A stretch of 64,000 nucleotides of DNA, taken from contig CAWIQP010000005.1 in the NCBI GenBank assembly GCA_963838285.1, positions 2,075 through 66,074 on the forward strand, given 5' to 3'. A model generated the notes under the pieces. The model saw only the letters and a program-made list of their open reading frames with translations, had not been told where the DNA came from and did no database searches. Position 1 is the stretch's first letter. Each line of letters starts with the position of its first letter. The DNA comes from an uncultured Chloroflexia bacterium (GTDB lineage Bacteria; Chloroflexota; Limnocylindria; Limnocylindrales; CSP1-4). Of the stretch, positions 48,358 to 59,477 are shown piece by piece. The translations under genes and the position numbers were made by a program.

Positions 48358-51300
48358 TCAGTGGGCGATCTTGCGGGTCATGGCGGCGGCCACGGCCCCG
48401 AGCAGCCCCTCCGACGTGAACGGCTTGGCCAGGAAATCGATGTCCGGCTCGAGGACGCCGTCGTGGACGATGCCCTTTTCGGTGTGGCCGGACATGTACA
48501 GGACGTGGATGCCGGGTTGGATCGCGACGATCTTCGTAGCCACTTCGCGCCCGCTGAGGCCGGGCATGACCATGTCGGTCACGAGCAACTCCAGGGGCCC
48601 GGAGCGAGCCGTTTCGATGGCCGCGGTGCCGTCCGGCGCGGTCAGCACTCGATAGCCTGCCCTCTCCAGGACGCGAGTTGCGAATCGCCTCACGCCGATG
48701 TCGTCCTCGACGAGCAGAATCGTTCCGGTCCGGTCGCCGCCCGACGTGTCCGCGGGAAGCGGCTCCGCGAGATCCTCGACCGTCTCCTCGACCCGGGGCA
48801 GGAAGACCGTGAATGTCGATCCGCGGCCGGGCTCGCTGCGTGCCGTGACGGTCCCCCCGGAAGCCCGGACGATGCCCCAGACCTGGGCCAGCCCCAGGCC
48901 GGTGCCTTTGTCCGGTCCCTTGGTCGTGAAGAAGGGCTCGAACAGGTGGCCGAGCGTCTCGGCGGTCATGCCGATCCCGGTGTCGCTGACCGAAAGGCTG
49001 GTCATCGGACCGGCCGGCCCTGTCGCCGCGAGCGCCACGTCGGTCGTTGCGCCCTCCACGTCTGCGATCTCGATCGTCAGCGTGCCTCCCTCGGGCATCG
49101 CCTCACGGGCATTCACCGCCAGATTGACGATGACCTGCACGATCTGGCCGGGGTCGGCCAGAACCGAGCCCGTGCCGGCCGGGGCGACGGTCACGAGCGT
49201 CACGTCCTCGCCGATGAGTCGCCCGAGCAGCGGTTCCAGGTTGCGAACGATCGAGGCCAGGTTCACGACCTCCGGCTTGAGGACCGTGCGCCGCGCGAAG
49301 GCCAGCAGCTGGCGGGTCAGGGAAGCCGCCCGGTCCGCGGCCTGCTGGATCTGCTCCAGATCCTCGCGCGGCCCGACGCCGGGCGGAAGCTCGATCAGGG
49401 CGAGGTCGGCGTTGCCCCGGATCGCGGTCAGCAGATTGTTGAAGTCGTGCGCGATGCCGCCGGCGAGCCGGCCGATCTCCTCCATCTTCTGGGCCTGGCG
49501 CAGCTGTTCCTCAAGTACCAGACGCTCGGCCTCGGCCTGCTTCCGCTCCGTGAGATCGCGGGCCACGGACAGCACGGCCGGGCCACCGTTCAGGTTGATC
49601 AGCGTCGCGTTGATCTCGACCGGGAAGGCCGTTCCGTCCTTCCGCAGGTGAGTCGTTTCGATGAGCCCCACGCCCTCGGTCAAGAGCGTCCCGGTGCGCT
49701 CGGGCAGTTGAGCCTCGTAGCCGCTGCCGTCGATGTCGGCCGCCGTCATCGTCAGGAGTTCGTCGTGGCTGTAGCCGAGCCGCTCACATGCGGTGCGGTT
49801 GACTTCCACGAAACTGCCGTCGAGGTTGCTGATGAAGATGGCGTCGCTGGCGAAGTCGAAGAGGGTCTGGAGCAGCTGTGCCGACTGGCGCAGGGCCTGC
49901 TCCGCCTCGTGACGCTCCGTAATGTCCTGGCTCGCGGTGACCGTTCCCGTGATCTCTCCGTCCGCCGATCGCAGGGGAGCCTTGGTTACGATGACGCGTC
50001 GCACCGTCCCGTCTGCGAGGTACCTGTCCGCCTCGTAGATCTCGGGCAGCCCGGTCTCCATGGCCCGGCGATCGTGAGCGGTGTGGACGTCGGCTTCGGG
50101 CTGGCCGAGCTCACGGTTCGTCCTGCCGACGACCTCATCCCGAGTCCGGCCGTAGGTGTCGTGAGCGTACGCGTCGTTGCACTGCGTCACCCGACCGTCC
50201 CTGTCCTTGGCGACGATGGGTGTTGGCGTCGCGTTCAGGAATTCCTGGACGAAGCGAGTCTTTTCGTCGAGGACGCGCTCGGCCTGTTTGCGCTCCGATA
50301 TGTCGCGGTAGACGGAGAGAATTGCCGGCCGGCCGCGGAACTCGATGCGGCGGGAGACGGCCTCGATCGGTATCTCGGTCCCATCTCGCCGGACGTGCGT
50401 GACCTCGATGGGGCGGACCTCGCCGTACCGCATGACCCGTTCGACCCTCCCCGGAATCGTTGCCGCCGACTCGGGGGAGTTGATGGCGCTCACCGGCATC
50501 CCCACCAGTTCGTCACGGGCGTAGCCGAGGCGTTCGCAGAGGACGCGGTTGACCTCAAGGTAGTGGCCGCCGGGCTCCGAGATCGCGACGCCGTCACCCA
50601 TGCTGTCGAAGATGTCGCGGAACTGTCGCTCCGACCGGCCTATGGCCTCGTCCATCTCGTGTTGGGCCGTGACATCGAGAACCGAGGCGACGACGCCCAC
50701 GATCTCGCCGCGGGCGTTCCGATGTGGGCGGTTGGTCTGGACGACCCACCCGCGCCTGCCGGTGCTGGGAATCACGTACTCGAACTCCCGAGAGGGAGGC
50801 TGCTCGCCGGCCAGGGCCAGCTTCAGGTCCTCGCCGACGCCTGTAGCCATGACCTCCGGGAAGAGCGCGTCGGCCTTCCCGCCCAGGACCTCGCCGGCGG
50901 ACATCCCAGTCAGCTGCTCCATGCCCGGGTTCCAGACGGCATATCGGAGGTCGCGGTCGTAGACGATCAGCCCTTCGCCGGCACTGGCGATGACGGTCTC
51001 CACGAAGGCGTTCCGCTCGCTCAGGGCGGCTTCGGCCCGCCGCGCCTCGGTGATGTCCTCGATCACGGCCATGACCCAGGTCGGGCCCACGCGCGAGAGG
51101 CTGATGCGCACGTATCTGTCGGTCGCCGGATCGCGTCCTTCGAACGCTTCGGGCTCTCCGCCCACCGCGACCCGGCCCATTCGATCGAGCAGCTCCAGCT
51201 TCAGATCGGGCCTGAGCTCCGACGCCCGCTTGCCTATGGCTTCCTCGGCCTTCGTGCCGGTCAACGCCTCGAAGGCCGGATTCGCGTCGATCAGGCGGTA

Positions 51301-51804
51301 GTCGACCGGCTTGCCGGTCTCGTCGACGATCGTCTCGCCCACGACGACGGCATTCGACATTCGTTTGAAGAGCAGCCGATGAATGTTCGAGAGGGTGTCC
51401 CCGGCGCCTTCGTCCGGGTCGTCTTGGACCTCTCTCACGAGCGCGACCAGACCTATGCCATCGCCCGTGGGCACCGTCGAAAGATCGTGCTCGAGCGTCC
51501 GGACGTCACCGTCGCTGCGCCGGAATCGGAACCTGGGGTGGGGCAGGTGCTCCGGGAGGCGGCCGGACGCCAGAATCGTCTCGACCGTGGCCTTCACCCG
51601 TCGCCTGATGGCGTCGGAATTCCGACCGGGAGGAGCCAGGCGGCCGCAGATCTCCCATACCGGCTGCCCCACCATCTCGGAGGCCGTATGTCCGGTCAGC
51701 TCCTCCGCCTGGGGGCTCCAGGCCGTTACGATCCCGTGCTCGTCGGTGACGACGGCAGCCGGCGGCTTCGATCGCTTCGATTCGGGCCGCCCCGCGTCTA
51801 CCAC
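48358..51804 (-). CDS. Multi-PAS hybrid histidine kinase with receiver domain
   Basis: About six PAS repeats, QAQKMEEIGRLAGGIAHDFNNLL, NAREAM, FEPFFTTK, GTGLGL, ILLVEDD...TDMVMP. Confidence 0.95.
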   Translation of the reverse strand: MVDAGRPESKRSKPPAAVVTDEHGIVTAWSPQAEELTGHTASEMVGQPVWEICGRLAPPGRNSDAIRRRVKATVETILASGRLPEHLPHPRFRFRRSDGDVRTLEHDLSTVPTGDGIGLVALVREVQDDPDEGAGDTLSNIHRLLFKRMSNAVVVGETIVDETGKPVDYRLIDANPAFEALTGTKAEEAIGKRASELRPDLKLELLDRMGRVAVGGEPEAFEGRDPATDRYVRISLSRVGPTWVMAVIEDITEARRAEAALSERNAFVETVIASAGEGLIVYDRDLRYAVWNPGMEQLTGMSAGEVLGGKADALFPEVMATGVGEDLKLALAGEQPPSREFEYVIPSTGRRGWVVQTNRPHRNARGEIVGVVASVLDVTAQHEMDEAIGRSERQFRDIFDSMGDGVAISEPGGHYLEVNRVLCERLGYARDELVGMPVSAINSPESAATIPGRVERVMRYGEVRPIEVTHVRRDGTEIPIEAVSRRIEFRGRPAILSVYRDISERKQAERVLDEKTRFVQEFLNATPTPIVAKDRDGRVTQCNDAYAHDTYGRTRDEVVGRTNRELGQPEADVHTAHDRRAMETGLPEIYEADRYLADGTVRRVIVTKAPLRSADGEITGTVTASQDITERHEAEQALRQSAQLLQTLFDFASDAIFISNLDGSFVEVNRTACERLGYSHDELLTMTAADIDGSGYEAQLPERTGTLLTEGVGLIETTHLRKDGTAFPVEINATLINLNGGPAVLSVARDLTERKQAEAERLVLEEQLRQAQKMEEIGRLAGGIAHDFNNLLTAIRGNADLALIELPPGVGPREDLEQIQQAADRAASLTRQLLAFARRTVLKPEVVNLASIVRNLEPLLGRLIGEDVTLVTVAPAGTGSVLADPGQIVQVIVNLAVNAREAMPEGGTLTIEIADVEGATTDVALAATGPAGPMTSLSVSDTGIGMTAETLGHLFEPFFTTKGPDKGTGLGLAQVWGIVRASGGTVTARSEPGRGSTFTVFLPRVEETVEDLAEPLPADTSGGDRTGTILLVEDDIGVRRFATRVLERAGYRVLTAPDGTAAIETARSGPLELLVTDMVMPGLSGREVATKIVAIQPGIHVLYMSGHTEKGIVHDGVLEPDIDFLAKPFTSEGLLGAVAAAMTRKIAH

Positions 51805-52031
51805 GCTTGCCCTTCCCTCTCCGTTCGGCGGGCGCCGATGCTTTGCTGCCCTCACCCGACGCGGGATCCGGGCCACCGGCGATCCTGGAGCACAACCAGG
51901 TACCACCCGGCATCGGTCGACAGGCGGGACCATCTTCCCACCGTGGCGCAGCCGAGTCCATGCGGCGTTCGCATGAGCGGCGCCGGGCCGCACCACTCCG
52001 CGAATTGCCCGCGCGTCCGGGGGCGCGGTCG

Positions 52032-53492
52032 CTACAGGGCCTTGACCGCCGCGACGAGCTCCTGCAGGCCGCGCTTCGCGTCGGCGAAGTACATGCCCGT
52101 CTTGGGGTTGACGTAGAGCGGGTTGTCTATGCCGGCGTAGCCGCGGCCCATCGAACGCTTCAGGACGATGATCGAGCGGGCCCGGTCCACGTCCAGGATC
52201 GGCATGCCGAAGATCGGGCTGGAGCGGTCGGTTCGGGCGGCCGGATTAGTGACGTCGTTCGCGCCCACGACCAGGGCGACGTCCGTCCGCTCGAACTCGG
52301 GGTTGATGTCGTCCATCTCCTTGAGCTGTGGATAGGGCACGTTGGCCTCGGCCAGCAGCACGTTCATGTGACCCGGCATCCGGCCGGCCACGGGATGGAT
52401 GGCGTAGGAGACGTCGACGCCGCGAGCTTCCAGGAGATCCGCCAGCTCGCGGACCCCGTGCTGGGCCTGGGCGACGGCCAGGCCGTAGCCCGGAACGATC
52501 ACGACCTTGCTGGCGTAGGCCAGCTGGATGGCGGCGTCGTCCACCGAAACCTCGCGGACCGTGCCGCCCGCGCCCGACAGCGCAGCCTGCGTCCCTTCGT
52601 CGGATCCGAACCCGCCGACGATGATATTGGCTATGGAACGGTTCATGGCCCCGGCCATCAGCCGGGTGAGAATCGCGCCCGAGGCCCCGACGAGCGCGCC
52701 GGCCACGATCAGGATGACGTTGCCTACGACGAAGCCGGCCATCGAGACGGCCGTTCCGGTGAAGGCGTTCAGCAGCGAGATCACCACCGGCATGTCGGCG
52801 CCGCCGATCGGAAGGACCATCAGCACGCCGAAGGCGAGGGCGCACGCCAGCGCCACGACCAGGAGCACGTAGAGAACGGTCGTGTCGTAGGTGACGGCGC
52901 CCGCCCCGGCCAGGATGAGCACGATCGAGACGCTCAGCCCGCAGACGATGCCGAACCACGACAGCGCCCGGCCGCCCGGAAGCAGGATCGGCTGGCCCTT
53001 GATGAGACCCATCAGCTTGGCCGACGCGATGAGAGAGCCGGTGAAGGTCACCGAGCCGACGATGACGTCCGCCAGGATGAACAGCGTCCGCCAGCCGTCG
53101 AGCCCCGGAGCGCCGCCGGCCAGCACGCGATGACCGTCGAGGGCGATGAAGTCGCTGATGGCCAGCAGCGCCGCGGCGCCGCCGCCGACGGCGTTGAACA
53201 GGGAGACCAGCTGGGGCATCGAGGTCATGGCGACGGTCCTCGCCATCCTCAGGCCCAGGCCGCCGCCGAGCGCGAGACCCGCCACGATGATCGCCCAGTT
53301 GCCCAGGCCCATGCCGTTCTGGGCGACGAAGAGGACCTCGGCCGAGACGGCCACGATCATGCCCACGGCCGACAGGCGATTGCCCGTTCGGGCCGTGGCG
53401 GGCGAGTTCATCAAATGCAGGCCGATGACGAAGAGAGCCGCCCCGACGATGAAGGCGATCTGGACCAGGTAGCCGACGTTGGTGGCGTTCAT
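52032..53492 (-). CDS. pntB: NAD(P) transhydrogenase beta subunit
   Basis: MTSMPQLVSLFN, IGGADMPVVIS, VPGYGLAVAQAQH, HPVAGRMPGHMNV, GANDVTNPAA. Confidence 0.97.
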   Translation of the reverse strand: MNATNVGYLVQIAFIVGAALFVIGLHLMNSPATARTGNRLSAVGMIVAVSAEVLFVAQNGMGLGNWAIIVAGLALGGGLGLRMARTVAMTSMPQLVSLFNAVGGGAAALLAISDFIALDGHRVLAGGAPGLDGWRTLFILADVIVGSVTFTGSLIASAKLMGLIKGQPILLPGGRALSWFGIVCGLSVSIVLILAGAGAVTYDTTVLYVLLVVALACALAFGVLMVLPIGGADMPVVISLLNAFTGTAVSMAGFVVGNVILIVAGALVGASGAILTRLMAGAMNRSIANIIVGGFGSDEGTQAALSGAGGTVREVSVDDAAIQLAYASKVVIVPGYGLAVAQAQHGVRELADLLEARGVDVSYAIHPVAGRMPGHMNVLLAEANVPYPQLKEMDDINPEFERTDVALVVGANDVTNPAARTDRSSPIFGMPILDVDRARSIIVLKRSMGRGYAGIDNPLYVNPKTGMYFADAKRGLQELVAAVKAL

Positions 53493-53505
53493 CGCGATCC
53501 CCCCG

Positions 53506-53820
53506 TCACCGTGCGGTCTTGTCTGTGCCGGGGGCCGGCCGCCGTTTGAACATCTGGAGCATCCGGTCGGTGACCCAGTAGCCGCCCACGACGTTCGCAC
53601 CGGCGAAGGCCATGGCGACGAACGCCAGGATGGCCGTGGGCAGGTTGTCGGCCGTGGCCGCCAGCCCAATCGCGCCAACCAGAACGATGCCGTGAATCGA
53701 GTTCGTGCCCGACATCAGCGGCGTGTGAAGCGTGGCCGGGACTCTGCTGATGACCTCGAAGCCGAGCAGGATCGCCAGGACGAAGACCGTCAGTGAGTCG
53801 ATGAGCGTGCTGACGTTCAT
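53506..53820 (-). CDS. pntA: NAD(P) transhydrogenase alpha subunit part 2
   Basis: VPATLHTPLMSGTNSIHG, NVVGGYWVTDRMLQMF. Confidence 0.95.
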   Translation of the reverse strand: MNVSTLIDSLTVFVLAILLGFEVISRVPATLHTPLMSGTNSIHGIVLVGAIGLAATADNLPTAILAFVAMAFAGANVVGGYWVTDRMLQMFKRRPAPGTDKTAR

Positions 53821-54977
53821 GCCTTGGCACCTCCCCGCGTCGCGGGTTGCAGGAGCTTCATGGTGGCCTCCTGGACCACCTTGCCTCCGTGTGTGATGAC
53901 GGTAGCAGCCGTGATCTCGTCTTCGAAGTCGAACCGTAGCTCTCCCTGCGCGACGAAGTTGAGCAGCAGGTTGGCGATGTTGCGTGAGTAGAACGCGCTC
54001 GCGCCGGTCGGCATCGAGGCCGGCAGATTGAGCGGGGCGTGGATCTCGACGCCGTTCGGTGTCTTCGTCACCTTGCCGGGCTTCGACAGTTCGCAGTTGC
54101 CGCCGAGTTCACTGGCGGCCATGTCGACGATGACGGAACCGGCCTTCATGCACCCCACCGCGGCGGCCGTTACGAGGACGGGCGGCCGGCGTCCCGGGAC
54201 CTGGGCGGTGGTGATGACCACGTCGTGGGAGGCGATGACGTCGTTGAGCTCGTCCTGCTGCGCGGCTTGCTCCTGTTCGGTCAGGGCTCGCGCGTAGCCG
54301 CCCTGGCCGGCGCCGTCGATGGCCGAGTGCAGCGTGACGAACTGGGCGCCGAGGGACTCGGCCTGCTCGCGGGTCTCGGACCGAACGTCGTAGGCCTTGA
54401 CCTGGGCGCCGAGGCGGCGGGCGGTGGCAATCGCCTGGAGGCCGGCCACGCCGACGCCCAGAACCAGGACGTTGGCCGGCCTTGCCGTGCCGGCCGCGGT
54501 CGTCAGCAGCGGGAAGTAACGCCCGAAGGCCTCGGCAGCCACGAGAACGGCTTTGTAACCGGCCACGTTTGCCTGCGACGAAAGCGCGTCCATGCTCTGC
54601 GACCGGCTCAGCGTCCGAGGTATGGCATCCAGGCTGATGGCGGTCACGTGCAGACGGGCAAGCTCGGCCATCGCCGCGGGATCGAGCAGCGGCGCGAGCA
54701 TGCCGATGACGACCTGGTCCGGATGGGTCAGCTTCAGCTCCGCGGGCGATGGCGGGTGGATGCGCAGGATCACGTCGGACTGCGAGTAGAGCGCGGAGGC
54801 GGAGACGATCTTGGCCCCGGCCTCGACGTAGTCGACGTCCGGAAAAGAGGCCTCCGTGCCGGCGCCGCGCTCCACGAGCACACTGAGATCGGCGGCCCGC
54901 AGCTTCGCGATCGCGTCGGGGACGAGCGCGACGCGGCGCTCTCCCGGTGCGGTCTCCCTGGCGACGCCAACTTTCAT
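53817..54977 (-). CDS. pntA: NAD(P) transhydrogenase alpha subunit part 1
   Basis: GERRVALVP, SQSMDALSSQANVAGY, GVGVAGL, TTAQVPG, GGNCE. Confidence 0.96.
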   Translation of the reverse strand: MKVGVARETAPGERRVALVPDAIAKLRAADLSVLVERGAGTEASFPDVDYVEAGAKIVSASALYSQSDVILRIHPPSPAELKLTHPDQVVIGMLAPLLDPAAMAELARLHVTAISLDAIPRTLSRSQSMDALSSQANVAGYKAVLVAAEAFGRYFPLLTTAAGTARPANVLVLGVGVAGLQAIATARRLGAQVKAYDVRSETREQAESLGAQFVTLHSAIDGAGQGGYARALTEQEQAAQQDELNDVIASHDVVITTAQVPGRRPPVLVTAAAVGCMKAGSVIVDMAASELGGNCELSKPGKVTKTPNGVEIHAPLNLPASMPTGASAFYSRNIANLLLNFVAQGELRFDFEDEITAATVITHGGKVVQEATMKLLQPATRGGAKA

Positions 54978-55473
54978 AGCGATATCACCTGCCGTACGCG
55001 TCATGGATCGGCCCGTTCAGGGCGAGAGCGTCCAGCAAGGACGCCGCGTCTGCCGGGACGCAAGGCATCCACCCAGGCAGGACGCTAGGGAAGTCTAGCC
55101 GGGCACGGCCGGTGTGTCGCGGCGGACGGCCCCGGAAGGCGGGCTTCGCCCACCCGGACGGGTCGTGGCTCGCCGGACGCAACCGCACCGCTCGCCGAAC
55201 CTCTCCGCGGTCGCTCGCCCGAGCTCCGGCGACGCGGCGCGTTGGGTTCCGAAGTGGCACCGTCGGACGACCCGATGCACGCGCCGGTCCGCAGAAAGAG
55301 ATACCACCGCGTTTCGGTGCCCTGCGTTCACACTTCCGGGGCGCGTTGCCCGAGATTCACACAAATACGAATCTGGCGACGTGACGCCGATGGCGTATAG
55401 TCGATGCGCGATCGCTCACAGGTCGGATGACCTGCGATGTCTCCGATCCTGAGTCGAGCGAGGGAGGAACGAA

Positions 55474-55809
55474 ATGGTCACAGTCCGAAAGACCGACCCG
55501 GCGCTGATGGACAAGGGAAGCCAGCGGCCGCGCGAATTGAGTCCCGCCGCACGCGAGCGAGAGCAGCAGCAGCGTCAGTTCAAGAGGCTCATCGGCCAGC
55601 TCAAAGGGCCGGAGCAGGTATTCGAAGTCCGGCTCGACGCAAACGAGAAACCGATCACCATCCGACAGCGTCTCCTGCGCGTGGCCGCGGAGGCAAATGT
55701 CGAGATCGCGGTGCGAAAGCACGGCGATGGATTCCTCGTCGGTCTGCTCACACCTGAACGGCGCACCAACCGCGGCAGACGCGCCGCGGCGGCCGCCTCG
55801 AAGGGTTGA
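55474..55809 (+). CDS. Small basic hypothetical protein, possibly DNA-binding
   Basis: RBS GGAGGA; upstream TATAGT; EKPITIRQRLLRVA...RRTNRGRR. Confidence 0.75.
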   Translation: MVTVRKTDPALMDKGSQRPRELSPAAREREQQQRQFKRLIGQLKGPEQVFEVRLDANEKPITIRQRLLRVAAEANVEIAVRKHGDGFLVGLLTPERRTNRGRRAAAAASKG

Positions 55810-56149
55810 TCGCAATCCTCCATGCGCTCAATGGCGGTTGACGTCACGGAGTTGCCCGCGAACCAGTCGCTTTCCTGCCTCGGGTCATCCTTCCGGTAGC
55901 GGCGGCGAGGCGTCATCCCAGCTCGGGTCGAGCTTCCGCACTGCCGGTCTGCCGATCCCGAGTCACGAAATCGAGCGAGATTCGGCGACATGGCCGCCGG
56001 TCGGCGGCCGGGGGAGGTCTATGAGCATGTGTCTCGCGGGTGCCGGCCACGGGCGTGTGGTCGCCGCTTCTCGGTGTGCGTAAGATGACCCATGGCTGCG
56101 TCGAGGTGAGTGAATCCGTCTCGGGTTTGGCTCGCCGCGAGTCGATGGA

Positions 56150-57578
56150 GTGACCTTTCAGTTGAGCGCCGAACCAGACAGCTCCGATCGCACGGACGAT
56201 AGGCCGGCGTCCATCGACCAGGCCTCGGATGAATCGGTCTCCGGTCAACGATTGGTCGAGATCCGCTGCGGATTCGCCGAACTGGCGGTCAAGGAAGCGG
56301 AGGCGGCCGCGGTCCGCGCCGCCGAGGCGAAGCGGCTCTTCGAGGAACAGGTTTCCGTCGTCGCCGAGGCGCGGGCGGCGATCGACGAGGTGGCGACCCA
56401 CACTTCCAAGGAGGCGGCTCACCGCGCCTTCCGGACGGCGGTCGACAACGCGCGCAGCCGGGGCCAGGTGGAAGCCGCCGTCGGAGCGTGGCTGAAGGAG
56501 ATCAACAACATCAACGGCGAGAGTCGCATGGCCCAGGTGCGACTCAACACCGAGCGCGAGACGGCCGACCAGCGGCTGGCGGAACTCGAGAGGCTGTCAG
56601 ACACCGCGGAAGCCAGTGCGACGATGGCTGCCTCCGCGATAGAGGCGTGTCGCGCCGCACGCGCCGCTCTCGAGGCGGCTCAGGCGGCCAAGGTCGAGGA
56701 GGCCATCATGGCCTCGGCATCGGCCACCGCCACGGCCCCCACCACGGCCACCGAGGCGCCCGCCGGGGCACCGAGCCGCGAGACTGCGGTCGAGCCGGCA
56801 CCCGAATCGGCTGCGGTCGAGCCGTCCCCCGAATCCGCTCCGCCGTCCCCAATCCGCTCCGCCGTCCCCCGACTCCGCGCCGGGCCGGCCTGAGGCTCCC
56901 GCGCCGCGATCGCCCGCGCCGGACGTTTCGTCGCCCTCCGCGCACCCCGGTACCGCCGCCCCCGCGGGCCGGCCTCCGTCCGACTGGCTGGTCATCGACA
57001 TCCGGTCGCCCCACCCGCAGGCGATCGTTCGCCTGATTCGCCGGGACGGTCCGACGGTGAACGCCCTGGCCGGCCGGCTGGCCGGAACCGATTCCGCGGC
57101 TCGCAGCCACTGGCAGCTTCTTCTCTCGACCTTCGTAGACGCGGTCGAGGCCGCCGCCATCGACGCCGGCTGCTTCGAGTTCCCCCACGACAGCCCGTTC
57201 TGGAGCCAGTTCACCCCCGAGGAGTCTCGAGAGATAGCGCGCGGCCTGGCCGCCCTCGGCTTCCGGTACGACGGTTTCGGGGGGTTCGTGGAGGGTCGCG
57301 TGCCCATTCAGCGGGACCTGGCGATGGCCGTCGGGCAGGCCGGACTCGTGCCGGTCAGGGTCCGCCACTGGCCCAAGCCGGAAGAGGCCGCTCAACTCCT
57401 GGCCGGGGTGCAGGTGTCCGGAGACGCGTTCATTGCCGCTCAGGCCCCGGCCCTCACGCTCGGCGAGCTGGTAAGGCTGCTCGGCCGGAGGGCCGAGATC
57501 CTCGCCGACCTCTGGAACGAGTGGCCGCGGGTTCGACCGATGCTCTTCTCGACGGGGCCTCTGGCCGGCCCAAGCTGA
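56150..57578 (+). CDS. Hypothetical coiled-coil protein, frameshifted in a Pro-rich linker (~56850-56900)
   Basis: Frames 56150..56893 and ..57578 both look coding and abut across a low-complexity tract. Confidence 0.6.
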
Positions 57579-57647
57579 GATCGGCCTAGGACACGACCGC
57601 AGGGCGTCTCACCCGGGCGCGACCGGCCCGGTCCCGGATAGCGGGAG

Positions 57648-58412
57648 TCAGGCCTTCTCGGCCTCGGCCTCGTCGGCCGGATCCTGCTCGAGAACCACCA
57701 GGCGATAACCCTCGGCCGCGTCCACGCCGATCGCGGCGCCCTGCTCGCGCAGCCGGCCGCGGATTCGGGTGAAAACCGCCTCGGGGTCGTGGAGCTGGCT
57801 GGCGTGGCATCGCAGCGCTTCTATCTTGCGGTCCACGGTGGCCGAGACGTCGATCCAGACGTCGGGCCGGTTCGTCCACATCAGGTAGAGGCGCCGGACG
57901 CGGAACGCCGCCAGGCCGTTCCGGGCCAGCCACGGGAACGCCATCGGGTTGCGCGCGGCGGGGTAGACGGCGTCGACGGCCGCCATCGCGGCGGCTCGAT
58001 GGTCGGTGTGGTTCACGCCGCCGCCGTCGTGGATGACGATCTCGGGGTCGCCGCACAGGACGGCGTCGGGCTTGAAGGCGCGGATCTCACGAACGAGCAT
58101 CTCCCGCAGCGGCAGGTCGTTGACCAGGTTTCCGTCGGGCTGGTGGAGGAAGGAGACGCCCGAGTAGCCGACGATCTTCGCCGCCCGGCGCTGCTCCTCT
58201 TCGCGGGCCCGCGCCAGCTCCAGCGGATCGAGATTCGGGTCCTCGCCGCCGGCATCGCCCGATGTGCAGCAGACCAGCCAGCCCTCGGCCCCGGCGTCGA
58301 TCCAGGTCGCCGCGGTGCCCGCCGGCCCGAAGTCGGCATCGTCGGGATGGCCGACGATGACCATGAATCGGCCGGGTCGCCAGGTGTGGGCGGTCGCTGT
58401 CTCGTCCGTCAT
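57648..58412 (-). CDS. PIG-L family deacetylase (LmbE/MshB-like)
   Basis: GHPDDAD, TSGDAG, REEEQRRAA, HTDH, KIEALRCHASQ. Confidence 0.92.
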   Translation of the reverse strand: MTDETATAHTWRPGRFMVIVGHPDDADFGPAGTAATWIDAGAEGWLVCCTSGDAGGEDPNLDPLELARAREEEQRRAAKIVGYSGVSFLHQPDGNLVNDLPLREMLVREIRAFKPDAVLCGDPEIVIHDGGGVNHTDHRAAAMAAVDAVYPAARNPMAFPWLARNGLAAFRVRRLYLMWTNRPDVWIDVSATVDRKIEALRCHASQLHDPEAVFTRIRGRLREQGAAIGVDAAEGYRLVVLEQDPADEAEAEKA

Positions 58413-58692
58413 CTTTTCGCCTTGACTGCCTCTTGTGTGACTGTCCGTACTGTCGTTGTCGGAGGGCACCGTAAATCGACGACCTGCCGCGCGCCGCCTC
58501 GCTCGGGAGCTTCCCATCTTGCGGTGTGGAGTTATCATGCCGCCCGAGGCTTCGCTCGTCTCCCCCCACGGGCGAGGCCTCTCTGTATGCCCGAGACTCC
58601 ACGCACCGAGCCCGAAGAGCCGGCGGCCTCTCCCACCGGCCGCGCCGGCCGCTCGAACGCCCGCGGAGAGGCGAGGCCCGGGCGGGAGCCCG

Positions 58693-59178
58693 TCAGACGG
58701 CGGTCGAGCGGACCTGGCGCAGAGCGGCCAGGACCTCGAGAGCGTGATCCTCCGGCTTCACCCTCGGCCAGACCCGGACAACTCGGCCGTCCGGTCCCAC
58801 GAGGAAGCTGGACCGAATGATGCCCAGGTAGGTCTTGCCGTAGTTCTTCTTCTCGCCCCAGGCGCCGTACGCCTCGGCGACGGCGTGGTCTTCGTCGGCC
58901 AGGAGCGTGAACGGCAGCCCGTACTTGGCTCGAAACGCTGCCTTGCTCGCGGGCCCCTGGGGGCTGAGGCCCCAGACCTCCGTGTCGGCCTCCTTGAACG
59001 CGGCGTCGTTGTCTCGGAACGAACAAGCCTCCTTCGTGCAGCCCGGCGTGTCGTCGGCCGGGTAGAAGTAGACGACCGTGAAATGGCCGCGCCGGTCCGA
59101 GAGGCGGTGCGGCCGTCCCTCGTCGTCGCTGAGCTCGAAGTCAGGGGCGAGCTCGCCCACTGCCGGTATCGCGTTCAT
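58693..59178 (-). CDS. bcp: Peroxiredoxin Q / BCP
   Basis: YFYPADDTPGCTKEACSFRD. Confidence 0.95.
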   Translation of the reverse strand: MNAIPAVGELAPDFELSDDEGRPHRLSDRRGHFTVVYFYPADDTPGCTKEACSFRDNDAAFKEADTEVWGLSPQGPASKAAFRAKYGLPFTLLADEDHAVAEAYGAWGEKKNYGKTYLGIIRSSFLVGPDGRVVRVWPRVKPEDHALEVLAALRQVRSTAV

Positions 59179-59302
59179 GCGTCCAGGCTAGCAGGGCCCG
59201 GCCCGGCGGATCTTCGGAGCGGACGACTCGCCCGCCGGGCGGGATGGGCCGGCGGGGCCGAATCGTGTCGGGGCGGCCGGTGCTAGGATGCGGCCAACCG
59301 AA

Positions 59303-59395
59303 TACGCCTCCGGGGAGCGCCACGAGCGCTGAGAGTGCGGCAACCGCCGCAGACCCGCCGTACCTGATCTGGGCAATACCAGCGAAGGAAGCAGG
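59303..59395 (+). ncRNA. TPP riboswitch
   Basis: GGGGAGC...GCTGAGAG...AGACCC...ACCTGATCTGGGCAATACCAGCGAAGGA upstream of thi genes. Confidence 0.93.
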
Positions 59396-59477
59396 CAGAC
59401 CACTTCTCGCCGCACTCCCCGAGCGGAGCGCGGCGATTTGTGTTTTCGGAGGTCGGGATGAACGGGACGGGTCCACG

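Noticed and set aside
48331-52116. Very long antisense and alternate-frame ORFs (e.g. 48331..52116 +, 45356..47374 -, 29656..31551 -, 19611..21530 +)
   Set aside because: Shadow ORFs expected at very high GC; the opposite or other frame carries recognisable family motifs.
55320-55370. Rex operator upstream of pnt (TTCACA half-sites)
   Set aside because: Only half-sites; no convincing TTGTGAA-N4-TTCACAA palindrome.
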